Origin: Deltaproteobacteria bacterium
Lineage (GTDB): Bacteria > Myxococcota_A > Polyangia > Fen-1088
NCBI GenBank assembly: GCA_033763315.1
Contig: JANRKS010000016.1
Span: 160,001-224,000 of the forward strand
Direction of reading: 5' to 3'
Length of the DNA stretch: 64,000 nt
Part shown: positions 19,427 to 29,256 of the stretch, piece by piece
Layout of the letters: the number at the start of each line of letters is the position of its first letter
Numbering within the stretch: position 1 is the first letter of the stretch
Translations under genes and position numbers: made by a program
The notes under the pieces: generated by a model
Database searches by the model: none
What the model saw: only the letters and a program-made list of their open reading frames with translations
Told to the model about the DNA's origin: nothing

Positions 19427-20122
19427 ATGCTGAGCGCGGATCAGAAAAAGGTATTGGGATTGTTGCGGAAAGCGACTCTGCTCAGCGGCCTCACCACCGA
19501 GTCCTTCGAACGCCTCGCCACCACCAGCCGCGGCGAAACCTATCGGGCCCGGCAGGTGGTTTATCTGCCCGGTGATCGATCGTTCGGCGTTCACTTTTTG
19601 CTGTCAGGCCGCGTGAAAGTCTCGAAGGTAACCCGCGATGGGAAGGAGCTCACGCTGGCGTACCGCACCGCTGGCGACTTCTTTGGCGAGGCCTGTGTGT
19701 TGGACGGCAGCCCGCGCGAGGAGATGGTGGAAGCCATGGAAGCCACCCAAACGGTCGAGGTTGTGCGCGAAGAATTCGAGCGTTTGATGCAAGAAGCGCC
19801 TGATTTCACCCGCCGCCTGACCATGGCTTTGATGAACCGCCAGCGCGAACTGGAAGCCAAAGTCGAACAGCTCATTTTCAAAGATGTGGGCGCCAAGCTG
19901 GCCGAACTGCTCCTGCGCTTGGGCGAAGAGCACGGCGTGCCAGGCAAGCGGGGTCTATCGTTGACGGTAAAGATCACGCATCAGGAGATGGCAAACCTCA
20001 TCGGTTCCACGCGCGAAACCGTGTCGCTCACGTTGTCTCAGTTCAAGCGCAAGGGCCTAATCGAGACGGAGGGGCGCCGCGTGATCTTGGCGGATTCCGA
20101 AGCGCTCAAAGCCATGGCCTAG
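19427..20122 (+). CDS. Crp/Fnr family transcriptional regulator
   Basis: SGRVKV, GDFFGE cNMP-like domain; ITHQEMANLIGSTRETVSLTL HTH. Confidence 0.92.
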   Translation: MLSADQKKVLGLLRKATLLSGLTTESFERLATTSRGETYRARQVVYLPGDRSFGVHFLLSGRVKVSKVTRDGKELTLAYRTAGDFFGEACVLDGSPREEMVEAMEATQTVEVVREEFERLMQEAPDFTRRLTMALMNRQRELEAKVEQLIFKDVGAKLAELLLRLGEEHGVPGKRGLSLTVKITHQEMANLIGSTRETVSLTLSQFKRKGLIETEGRRVILADSEALKAMA

Positions 20123-20228
20123 CGCCACGGCACCTCGATGCGCCTGGGCCGCCAAGCAATTGACGCCCACAGCCCTAAAAAACTCAAGCGAAGCTTGCAT
20201 TCCTCCGATCCCCAAGCCGGAGCAGCGC

Positions 20229-21482
20229 TTGAGCACCCAAATACAAAAAAGAACGCGCATCATCAGCGTTGGCGGTGGAAAGGGCGGCGTCGGCAAAAGC
20301 ATCGTGTCGTGCAACATGGCCGTGGCCATGGCGCAGCTGGGACACAAAACCGTGCTTGCCGATTTGGATTTGGGGGCGGCCAACCAACATCTATTGCTGG
20401 GCATTGATCGCCCACTGCCGGGCATCGAAGCGTTGCTGTCGCGCACCGTGGACGACGCACGCACAGGCCTCACCCCCACAAAGATTCCGGGCCTAAGTTT
20501 GCTGGCTGGCACAGGCGCCGTGGTCGGCGCGGCGAACATCACGCACGGCCAAAAAGGCAAGATCATTCGGAAGCTGCGCGGCCTGGACGCCGACGTGGTG
20601 ATCATCGATTGCGGCGCGGGCGTGGGATACAACACGCTCGATTTCTTTGAGCTTGGCGCGCAGCGCCTGGTGGTCACCACGCCGCAAGTGACCGCCATCC
20701 ACGACGCGTATTCATTCTTGAAGGGCGCTGTGGTGCGCACGCTGCAACACCACGCCCAAAACGATCGCGAACGCAAACTGCTGCAAGAGGTGGAAGGCAG
20801 CGCCGAGGGCGAAAAGGTCATCGATTTGTTGACGCGCATTCGCCACACGAATCCTGGTTACGCAGAACGCATCGGCAAGGTGCTGGAAAATTTCGGTGCC
20901 CAGTTGGTGGGCAACCAAGTGACGAGCCCCAACCAAAACGGCATCTTCCACGCTGTATCGAAGATGATTCGCGACTACTTGGGCATCTCCGTGCCCATTG
21001 TTGGGTGGCTCAAAGATTCGAAAGAGATTGCCGACTCCGTAAACGATCGCTCTCCGTTGATTCTCAGCCGTGATGCCGAATACGGAAAAGCCCTGCGCAC
21101 GATGGCGGAAACCCTACTGGTCGAAGAGGTGCCCCTCGAAGAAGAGCTTCTGGAGCTCGATGAAGATCTCGATGAGGGAGCCGCCGGGGTAGAAGCTTCG
21201 ATGAGCCCCGACGCCTTACGCATCGACGGCAGCGACGACAGCGACGAATTCGATGACGGCCCCTTGCCGCCGAAAGCCGTGGGGCCCGCCGCAACAGAAG
21301 GTTACATGGGCAACGGCAAGGTGCGCGTGTACTTGCCCCCGCGCCGCAAAAAGCGCCCGCCCAAAAAAGCGCGCAACGACGACACCGGGGGCCGACGCCG
21401 CAGGCGCGTCACCTTGCCTGGCATGCCGCCTGAGCTTGTGCAGAAGGGGCCGCCACCTTTGCGCAAAGTGCAGTCGTCTTGA
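20229..21482 (+). CDS. MinD/FlhG-family P-loop ATPase with long disordered C-terminal tail
   Basis: GGAG then TTG start; GGGKGGVGKS deviant Walker A, DLDLGAAN, IIDCGAG, VVTTPQVTAIHDAY. Confidence 0.85.
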   Translation: MSTQIQKRTRIISVGGGKGGVGKSIVSCNMAVAMAQLGHKTVLADLDLGAANQHLLLGIDRPLPGIEALLSRTVDDARTGLTPTKIPGLSLLAGTGAVVGAANITHGQKGKIIRKLRGLDADVVIIDCGAGVGYNTLDFFELGAQRLVVTTPQVTAIHDAYSFLKGAVVRTLQHHAQNDRERKLLQEVEGSAEGEKVIDLLTRIRHTNPGYAERIGKVLENFGAQLVGNQVTSPNQNGIFHAVSKMIRDYLGISVPIVGWLKDSKEIADSVNDRSPLILSRDAEYGKALRTMAETLLVEEVPLEEELLELDEDLDEGAAGVEASMSPDALRIDGSDDSDEFDDGPLPPKAVGPAATEGYMGNGKVRVYLPPRRKKRPPKKARNDDTGGRRRRRVTLPGMPPELVQKGPPPLRKVQSS

Positions 21483-21519
21483 AGTAAGCCACACCACGCG
21501 TCACGGTGAAGCCACGTCG

Positions 21520-21957
21520 CTACGGCCTACAGTCGTCGCACAGCCCCTGCACCTGCACGACCACGTTATTGGTGGCCAGCGCTTTGGGCGAGCCGCGCAC
21601 TTTGCGCAGCGAGACGGCCCCCTCAGCCAAACACGTGACCGACCCGCAATCGGTACAAAGAAAGTGCGGGTGCTGTTCACGGTGTGATTTCACGCCATCG
21701 CCCCGCAACTCGAACCGCCACATGTGATCGCCTAGATCCGTTCGAGCCACAACGCCCACGTTGGCCAAGTCGTTCAGGTTTCGGAAAATCGTGGCGTGGT
21801 CAAAGCCGGACTCCTGCAGCTGCGCTGAAACCTCGGCGTGCGTCAGCGGTCGTTCAGCCTGGGCCAACGTGCGGTACACGGCGATGCGTGCGCCGGTGCT
21901 GCGCAGACCCAACGAGTGGAACAACGACTTGAGCGCCAGGGCGTCTTTGACAACCAT
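21520..21957 (-). CDS. Fur-family transcriptional regulator
   Basis: GLRSTGAR, ATIFRNL, HPHFLCTDCG, GLCDDC. Confidence 0.9.
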   Translation of the reverse strand: MVVKDALALKSLFHSLGLRSTGARIAVYRTLAQAERPLTHAEVSAQLQESGFDHATIFRNLNDLANVGVVARTDLGDHMWRFELRGDGVKSHREQHPHFLCTDCGSVTCLAEGAVSLRKVRGSPKALATNNVVVQVQGLCDDCRP

Positions 21958-22242
21958 CACACGATGGTAGGCGCCGCGGCCGCAATTGCAACTGCAATGC
22001 GATAGCGATTCGTGGTCCCCTGGCCCGGAAGGCCCCCCAGCCAACTCCGTTACATGCCAGCCGCCTGAGGTTTTCAAATAAGAAACATGGTCTTCCGCGA
22101 CCAGCATCCAAACACGACCGCAAGGTTGTCCTTGCCCCGTGTGGCTGGTAAAGGGTTAACGGGCCCGATAACAGCAGCGGCAATGTTTCCAGGGCAGGCC
22201 CCGTGGCAACGGGCTGCTCCTTCCAACATCCAACCATTGTTG

Positions 22243-23517
22243 ATGAACCACTGCACCATCATCCCGCGCCATTTCACGGCTTTGTTACCAATGCTCGTCA
22301 TTGGTGGCAAACTTGCCGTCGCCGCGCCGCTGCCGCCACAGCCCGCGCCCCAGGAGTTTCCTCCTTTGTCGTGGGTGCTCGAAACAGCACGTAAACGCGC
22401 GCCCGACGTTGTTAGCCAGCAAGGCGCCCTGCGCGTCGCCGAGGCCACCATGGTAGGGGCGCGGTTGATTCAGCTCGGCAACCCTTACCTTGAAGTCTTT
22501 GCTGACCGGCGGTCTTCGGGAGGCGCGGGTCTCAATTTGCAAGCGAACTTGTGGCTGCCTCTGGATCTGTCGGGGCAACGCGGCCGGCGCGTGTCTGAGT
22601 CTGAAGCGCTCACGTCTTGGCAGCGCACCGGCTTGCAAGCCAGCGTCGCCATTGCCGAAGGAAAGGCCCTTGCCACCTATGGGGCGATCATGGTCGCGAT
22701 GGAGCGGGCGCGTTTCCTCTCCGCGCTCGTGCGGGCGGCCAAAGATGAAGCCTCTTATTACGAGGGCCGATTCGAGCACGGTGACGCCACTGTGCGGGAG
22801 GCCAAGTTGGCCGCGGTGGAAGTGGTGCGCAACACGGTGGCGCTTGAGGAAGTGCGGGCCGACCTCACCCGGGCGTTGACGGAACTGGCAACGCTTCTAG
22901 GCGTTCCGCGTTTGCCTGATCCGACCGGCGCCCTACAAAGCCCTCCCTCCCAAGTGTGGGCCGATGTTGAAGCCACCGCCGCCGAGCTGGCGGCAAAGTC
23001 ACCGGCGGTGCTCGCGGCCGCGCAAGAGGCTGATTACTTTCACGCAGTCAGGCGCCGCCAAGCCGTGGAGGCACACGCGCCCGTGAACTTTATCTTGTCG
23101 GCAGGCCGGGGCGAGATGGGCGACGCCCTCATCGGTGGCGGTCTATCGTGGACGTTCCCAGCGTTGCGACGCAACCAAGGTGAACAAGCACAAGCGACGG
23201 CCCAACAGAACCGCGCCCTGGCCGAACGGCAAGTCAACGAAGTGCGCACGTACGCCACTTTGCGCGGCATTGCTGAAGAGCACACCGAGGTGCAAAAGGC
23301 GCTGCACGACATCCAACAAAACGGTGAACCCGCAGCCCAAGCGGCGCTCGACGCCTCAATCGCCCTTCATCGCGCAGGCAAAGGTGATCTTTTGTTCATC
23401 CTGTCTGCGCGCCGCGACCTTGCCCTTATGAACGCCAGCGCGTTGCTGCTCGTCCTGCGCGAGTGGAACTTGCTTGCAGATTTTGTTGCTTTGACGGGAA
23501 AGACACCACAGCCATGA
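22243..23517 (+). CDS. TolC/CzcC-family outer-membrane efflux protein
   Basis: Signal peptide, two OEP-like helical repeats, first gene of the RND operon; start approximate. Confidence 0.8.
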   Translation: MNHCTIIPRHFTALLPMLVIGGKLAVAAPLPPQPAPQEFPPLSWVLETARKRAPDVVSQQGALRVAEATMVGARLIQLGNPYLEVFADRRSSGGAGLNLQANLWLPLDLSGQRGRRVSESEALTSWQRTGLQASVAIAEGKALATYGAIMVAMERARFLSALVRAAKDEASYYEGRFEHGDATVREAKLAAVEVVRNTVALEEVRADLTRALTELATLLGVPRLPDPTGALQSPPSQVWADVEATAAELAAKSPAVLAAAQEADYFHAVRRRQAVEAHAPVNFILSAGRGEMGDALIGGGLSWTFPALRRNQGEQAQATAQQNRALAERQVNEVRTYATLRGIAEEHTEVQKALHDIQQNGEPAAQAALDASIALHRAGKGDLLFILSARRDLALMNASALLLVLREWNLLADFVALTGKTPQP

Positions 23518-24770
23518 TCACAGGCGAACAAGTAAGCAACGGCAACGCCGGAGCACACAGCGGCGCATTAACCACAGGCCTCGACCACAAAACCGGTGGT
23601 GTCACCATGAAGTCACGTTCGCGAAAGGTATGGGCCATCGTCGGGGGCGCGAGCGTGCTGACACTCGTTTGCTTATGGGGGTTCGCGCGGCCATCGGGCT
23701 CCCCCACTAGCGAAGGGCCCGTGGCCGACACTGGCCGCGACGTGCCGCGCATCGAAGGCAAAGCCGTCGTGTTTTCCGAGGCCTTCGCTCAACGCGCGGG
23801 CATCAAGCTGGCACCCGTGAAGCAGGCCCCACTGACGCCCGTGGTGAAGGTGGTGGGGGCCGTGGACTTTAACCCCCGCCAGGTGGCCGCCGTGGGCGCG
23901 CGCATTCAAGGGTTCGTGCGACGTGTGCTGCGGTTGCCAGGCGATGTGGTTAAAGCCGGCGAGGCGTTGGCAGAGATTGAAAGCGCCACGTTAGGGCAAG
24001 CTCAAGCCGATTTATCGGCCACGGTGGCGCACAAACAAGCGGCGCACGCCAATGCCGAACGCGAAAACGCGCTGTTGAAGCAGGGCCTCACAACCGCACG
24101 CGAGGCAGAGGTGGCCAACGCCACATTGGCTTCCCATGAAGCGTCGCTCGAAGCGGCACGGCAACGGGTGGTGGCGCTGGGCGGCGCCAGTGCCGGGGGC
24201 TTTGGCACATACACATTACGTTCGCCTCTCAACGGCACCGTGGTTGAAAGCCACATCTCCGTCGGGCAATCAGTGGAGGCAAACCTCGTCGCGTTCCGTG
24301 TGGCGAACCTCGACGACCTGTGGATCGACCTGTCGGTGTTCGAACGATCGATCGGGGCGGTACGGGTGGGTGATTACGTTGAAGTCACGCCGATGGCGGA
24401 TGTGAAAAAGATCATCAAAGGCAAAGTGGCGCATGTCAGCGAGATCTTGGATATGACCACCCGCAGCGGCACAGTGCGCGTGCAAGTGGACAACCGCAAC
24501 CGCCTGTTGCGGCCGGGCCAATCGGTGGCGGCTTTGATCCACACCGCCACACCCACCCGGAAGTCGCTCTTGGTGCCCTTCGATGCCATCACATATGTGG
24601 ATGGCGCGCCCACTGTGTTCGTGGCTCACACCACCACCAAGGTAATGCCCACAGTCGTGCAGCTGGGAATGTCAGACGGCGAACAGCAAGAGGTTGTGTC
24701 GGGCCTCACCGAAGGCCAGCAGGTTGTGGTCGAAGGCGTGTTCGCGCTTAAGAGCGAATTGTTTCGCTGA
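23514..24770 (+). CDS. RND periplasmic adaptor subunit (CzcB-like)
   Basis: ATGA overlap with czcC-like stop; PGDVVKAGEAL, LRSPLNGTV, LRPGQSV, SGLTEGQQVVVEG. Confidence 0.9.
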   Translation: MITGEQVSNGNAGAHSGALTTGLDHKTGGVTMKSRSRKVWAIVGGASVLTLVCLWGFARPSGSPTSEGPVADTGRDVPRIEGKAVVFSEAFAQRAGIKLAPVKQAPLTPVVKVVGAVDFNPRQVAAVGARIQGFVRRVLRLPGDVVKAGEALAEIESATLGQAQADLSATVAHKQAAHANAERENALLKQGLTTAREAEVANATLASHEASLEAARQRVVALGGASAGGFGTYTLRSPLNGTVVESHISVGQSVEANLVAFRVANLDDLWIDLSVFERSIGAVRVGDYVEVTPMADVKKIIKGKVAHVSEILDMTTRSGTVRVQVDNRNRLLRPGQSVAALIHTATPTRKSLLVPFDAITYVDGAPTVFVAHTTTKVMPTVVQLGMSDGEQQEVVSGLTEGQQVVVEGVFALKSELFR

Positions 24771-24777
24771 GCCCCTC

Positions 24778-27700
24778 ATGCTTGCTTCTTTGGTTCAATT
24801 TTCAATACGCGCCCGCGGTGCGGTGCTGGCGCTGTTCCTGATTTTGTTGATCGCTGGCGGTTGGGCCGCAGCCACGCTGCCGATTGATGCTTTGCCCGAC
24901 GTTTCCACGGTGCAGGTCTCGGTGCTAACGAAAGCGCCAGGCCTATCGCCCGTGGAAGTGGAACGCACCGTCACAGTGCCGATCGAAAACGGCCTCAATG
25001 GCGTGCCCAGAAACGTTGAGATCCGCAGCGTGTCGCGCTCGGGCCTGTCCGCGGTCACTGTGATCTTCGAGGACAGCGTGGATGTATGGTTCGCGCGCCA
25101 ATTGGTTCTTGAACGGCTGCGTGGTTTGGCCGGCGATCTGCCTCCCACCGCGGAAACCCCCGAGCTAGCGCCTGTGAGCACGGGATTAGGCGAAATCTAT
25201 CAGTTCGTCGTTCGGTCTGATTACCACTCGCCCATGCAGTTGCGCACGCTGCTCGATTGGGAAATCGTTCCGAAGTTGCGGGGCGTGCCAGGCGTGATCG
25301 AAGTGAACACGCAAGGCGGCGAACTCAAAGAATACCAAGTGGTCATCGACCCCGCGCGCCTCAAGTCCTATCAGCTGACCCTGGAGAAAGTGGTTGAAGC
25401 CCTCTCCGGTGCCAACCTGAACGTAGGCGGTGGTTACATCGAACGCAAAAGCGAGTCCTACACCATCCGTGGACAGGGCCTGCTTTCCAACGAACAGGAA
25501 ATTGGCGACGTGGTGGTGCGCGCCGAAGCGGATGGCCCGCCGATTCTGGTTCGACATTTAGGGCACGTGAAAGTGGGCGCGGCCCTGCGCTATGGCGTGA
25601 TCACTTACAACGGCCAAGGGGAAGCGGTCACGGGCACGGTGCTGATGTTGCTGGGCTCAAACAGCCGCGACGTGGTGCGCGCGGTGGCTGAAAAGGTCGA
25701 AGAGGTGCGCAAAGAGCTTCCCGCGGGCGTGAAGATCGAAGTGGTTTACGACCGCGCCGATTTCGTGGGCCGCACCATCTCAACCGTTTTGCACAACCTC
25801 ACCGAAGGCGTTTTGATCGTGGCTTTGGTGCTCACGTTGTTCTTGGGCACAGTGCGCGGCGCCTTGGCCGTGGTGTTGGGCATTCCGGCTTCGATGTCGG
25901 TGGCGATCTTGGGCATGCACGTGTTCAATGTCACAGGCGATCTGATGTCGTTGGGGGCGATCGATTTCGGGTTTCTTGTGGACGGGCCCATCGTCATGCT
26001 CGAAGCCGTGGTGGCGGGCGCGGCGGGTCGCACCCTGCTCGGTGAAGCGCGCAATGGCGAATACGCCAGTATCGCCGGCCGCGTGGCACGGCCCGTGGCG
26101 TTCGCCGTGGCGATCATCATGCTGGTTTACATCCCGCTGCTGGGTTTGCAGGGCGTCGAAGGCAAGATGTTTAGGCCAATGGCGCTGACGATGGCGTCAG
26201 CCTTGTTGGGGGCGCTGATCTATTCAGTGTTCTTCTTCCCTGCAATCTTGGCGTTGATGGTGCCGGTGCCGAAAGGCCACGGGCCACGCTGGGTTGGATA
26301 TTTGTCGCGCCAATACCGCAACATTGTGGCCCCCGTGGTGCATTGGCGCTGGCCTTTGCTCGCCGCCGTTTCGCTGGCCTTGATCTTGGCAGGATGGCGG
26401 TTCTCGAAATCAGGGGCCGATTTCGTGCCGCGCATCTTTGAAGGCGACGCCGTGGTCACCATTCGCCGGGCGCCCAGCATTTCATTGGACGAAGCCCGCG
26501 ATCTGGATCTGCGCGTGGAAAAGGTGCTGCACACCTTCCCTGAAGTGGTGAGTTCGTTGGCCATGACGGGTCGCGCGGAGGTGGCCACCGATCCGGTGGG
26601 CAACGACAACACCGATATCTTGATTCGCCTCACGCCCCAAGATGAGTGGAAAAGCGCCCACGATTTTGACGATCTTTCGGTGCTCTTCAAAGACCGCATC
26701 GAGTCTCAGGTGCCGGGAACGTTCGTATCGGTGTCGCAGCCCATCGAGGACAAAACCAATGAACTTATCAGTGGCTCGCGCGCGGATGTGCAGATCAACA
26801 TCAGTGGCAACGACCTTGAGGAGCTCTCGGCGCTCGCCAACGTCGTGGGCAAACGCGTGGCAAAGATCACGGGCTCCGGCGACGTGCGCATCGAGCGCAT
26901 CGTAGGCGCGCCGACGATCACGGCCAAAGCCGAGCGCGCGCAGATGGCCCGCTATGGCGTTAAAGTGGCGGATGCTTTCGCCGTCATTCAAGGCGCACGT
27001 GAAGGCGTGGAAGTGGGCACGATCTACGAAGGGGAACGGCGCTTCGATTTGCGCGTGCACATGCCCTTGGCAGAGCCCACTGCGGCGGCTTTGGGTGAGC
27101 TGTTCGTCGAAGGCAGCAATGGCGTCACGATCCCTTTACGCGAAGTTGTGGCGTTGTCAGAAGAAGACGGCGTGGCGGCCGTGCGGCGCGGTGACCGCAA
27201 ACGAACGGTGCGCGTGGATGTGAACCTGCGCGGCCGCGACTTGGTGTCTTGGGTGGCAGAGGCACAAGCCGCGGTGGCGGCTGACGTGCCGTTAAAGAGC
27301 GGGTACGCGATCGGCTGGGGCGGGCAATTCGAAAACTTTGAACGCGCGAAGAAACGCCTGGCGATCGTGGTCCCAGCCGCGGTCATGGTGATCTTCGGCA
27401 TGCTGCTGATGATGTTTCAGAACCTTCGCTTCGCCTTGGCGGTGTTCATCACCGTGCCGTTCGCTTTCACGGGTGGCCTTATCGGCTTGATGTTGCGCGA
27501 CTTTCCGTTCAGCTTGCCGGCCGCGGTGGGCTTCATCGCGTTGGGCGGCATCGCGGTTCTCAACGGCGTTGTGATCGCCACCGAAGTGCGGCAAGGCCTG
27601 GAAAAAGGCTTGAGCCTGGACGACGCCATCATCCGGGGCACGTCGGAAGTGATTCGCGCCGTGCTGACCACGGCAGCGGTGGCGGCCTTGGGCTTTTTAC

Positions 27701-27867
27701 CGATGGCTTATTCGAGCACCGCTGGCTCTGAAGTTCAAAAGCCGCTGGCCACCGTGGTCATCGTGGGGATCTTGTTCGGCACGGTGATCACGCTCACCGT
27801 GTTTCCGGGCTTGCTCAAAGTCATGCTGCGCGGGTATGTGCCTGCGGGCCGCATACCGGTGGAATGA
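24778..27867 (+). CDS. czcA: Heavy-metal efflux RND permease (CzcA type)
   Basis: LPIDALPDVS, GAIDFGFLVDGPIVMLE, EGKMFRPMA, GGQFENF, GSEVQKPLATVV. Confidence 0.92.
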   Translation: MLASLVQFSIRARGAVLALFLILLIAGGWAAATLPIDALPDVSTVQVSVLTKAPGLSPVEVERTVTVPIENGLNGVPRNVEIRSVSRSGLSAVTVIFEDSVDVWFARQLVLERLRGLAGDLPPTAETPELAPVSTGLGEIYQFVVRSDYHSPMQLRTLLDWEIVPKLRGVPGVIEVNTQGGELKEYQVVIDPARLKSYQLTLEKVVEALSGANLNVGGGYIERKSESYTIRGQGLLSNEQEIGDVVVRAEADGPPILVRHLGHVKVGAALRYGVITYNGQGEAVTGTVLMLLGSNSRDVVRAVAEKVEEVRKELPAGVKIEVVYDRADFVGRTISTVLHNLTEGVLIVALVLTLFLGTVRGALAVVLGIPASMSVAILGMHVFNVTGDLMSLGAIDFGFLVDGPIVMLEAVVAGAAGRTLLGEARNGEYASIAGRVARPVAFAVAIIMLVYIPLLGLQGVEGKMFRPMALTMASALLGALIYSVFFFPAILALMVPVPKGHGPRWVGYLSRQYRNIVAPVVHWRWPLLAAVSLALILAGWRFSKSGADFVPRIFEGDAVVTIRRAPSISLDEARDLDLRVEKVLHTFPEVVSSLAMTGRAEVATDPVGNDNTDILIRLTPQDEWKSAHDFDDLSVLFKDRIESQVPGTFVSVSQPIEDKTNELISGSRADVQINISGNDLEELSALANVVGKRVAKITGSGDVRIERIVGAPTITAKAERAQMARYGVKVADAFAVIQGAREGVEVGTIYEGERRFDLRVHMPLAEPTAAALGELFVEGSNGVTIPLREVVALSEEDGVAAVRRGDRKRTVRVDVNLRGRDLVSWVAEAQAAVAADVPLKSGYAIGWGGQFENFERAKKRLAIVVPAAVMVIFGMLLMMFQNLRFALAVFITVPFAFTGGLIGLMLRDFPFSLPAAVGFIALGGIAVLNGVVIATEVRQGLEKGLSLDDAIIRGTSEVIRAVLTTAAVAALGFLPMAYSSTAGSEVQKPLATVVIVGILFGTVITLTVFPGLLKVMLRGYVPAGRIPVE

Positions 27868-27884
27868 GAGCGGCGAACCGCACG

Positions 27885-29222
27885 CTAAGCCGGTTGCGTC
27901 TCTTCAAACTCCACAAGCTGCCCCACGGGCGCGCCCAGAAGTTGTTGCTCACGCATCACTTCATGGCCGCGCACGATTGTGCTCACCGGCCACCCCACCA
28001 CCCGCATGCCGTCGTAAGGAGTCCAGCCGCACGTTGACTTCATCATCGCGTGGGTCAACGTCACCTCGCGTTTGAGATCCACCAAAGTGAAGTCGGCGTC
28101 GTTGCCCAACACCAAACGCCCCTTGCGTGCCATGCCATAAACACGCGCAGGACCTGCGCACACAAGATCCACCAAGCGTTGCAGGGACAAGCGCCCGGCG
28201 TGAACGTGGTTCAACATGACCGGCAACAGCGTTTGCACACCCGGCATGCCCGAGGGTGACTGCGGGTAAGGTTTGGCTTTTTCTTCGCGCGTGTGAGGCG
28301 CGTGATCGGAAGCCACCACATCCACCAGGCCCTCTTGCACAGCTTTCCACAAGGCGTCTTGGTGGCGTTGCTCGCGGATGGGCGGGTTCATTTGTGCAAA
28401 CGTGCCGAGGCGCTCGTAACAATCAGGCGCGGCCAACGTCAGGTGCTGGGGTGTGACTTCAACCGTGGCAAGCGCGCGGTGCTGTGCGAGCTCTTGCATC
28501 TCCTCGGCGGTGGTGATGTGCAACACGTGAACGCGCCGCCCTGTTTCTTTGGCCACGCGCAAACAACGCTGCGTGGCCAACAAAGCCGTCATTTCGTCTC
28601 GCCACACGGGGTGGGCCAACGCGGTGTCCTTCGCAAACGCGTCCTTGCGTTCACGCAGGCGCGCTTCGTCTTCGGCGTGAATGGCCACACGCCGCGAGCC
28701 GTTGCGAAACACCAAACGCAAGAGCTCTTCGTCTTCCACCAGCAGGGTGCCGGTGGAGCTGCCCATAAACACTTTGACGCCGGCGCAGCCCGCGGCCCGT
28801 TCAAGCTCCCGCAACAACGGCGCGCTCTCAGGCGCGGCGCCTACGAAAAAACCGATGTCCACATGCACGCGTCCGCGCGTGCGCGCCACCTTGTCCGCCA
28901 ACGCCGCGGCGGTGGTGGTTGAGGGATTGGTGTTTGGCATTTCCAACACGCAGGTGACGCCACCAAATGCCGCCGCCAATGTGCCTGAAGCCAGATCTTC
29001 TTTGTGTGGAAACCCGGGCTCTCGAAAGTGCACCTGCGAATCAATCACGCCGGGCAACACGGTGAGGCCGGCCGCTTCAATCACGCGTTCGGCTTTGACG
29101 CTTGTCAACGTGCCCACGGCGGCGATGCGCCCGCCCTTGACGGCCACATCGGCGCGCTGCACGCCCCAGGGGAACGCGCAATCACCCCCGCGAATCAGCA
29201 GATCGAACGACTCAGAAGGCAT
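27885..29222 (-). CDS. pyrC: Dihydroorotase
   Basis: PGVIDSQVHFREPG, EMPNTNP, KVFMGSST, QMNPPIR, SDHAPH, PSGMPGVQT. Confidence 0.88.
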   Translation of the reverse strand: MPSESFDLLIRGGDCAFPWGVQRADVAVKGGRIAAVGTLTSVKAERVIEAAGLTVLPGVIDSQVHFREPGFPHKEDLASGTLAAAFGGVTCVLEMPNTNPSTTTAAALADKVARTRGRVHVDIGFFVGAAPESAPLLRELERAAGCAGVKVFMGSSTGTLLVEDEELLRLVFRNGSRRVAIHAEDEARLRERKDAFAKDTALAHPVWRDEMTALLATQRCLRVAKETGRRVHVLHITTAEEMQELAQHRALATVEVTPQHLTLAAPDCYERLGTFAQMNPPIREQRHQDALWKAVQEGLVDVVASDHAPHTREEKAKPYPQSPSGMPGVQTLLPVMLNHVHAGRLSLQRLVDLVCAGPARVYGMARKGRLVLGNDADFTLVDLKREVTLTHAMMKSTCGWTPYDGMRVVGWPVSTIVRGHEVMREQQLLGAPVGQLVEFEETQPA

Positions 29223-29256
29223 GGGCCGTACTTTAGGCGAAAGTTCGGCCCGTGCA

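Noticed and set aside
19427-20122. Calling the Crp/Fnr gene mrpC
   Set aside because: The HTH and N-terminal sequence differ from MrpC as I recall it, and mrpAB are not adjacent
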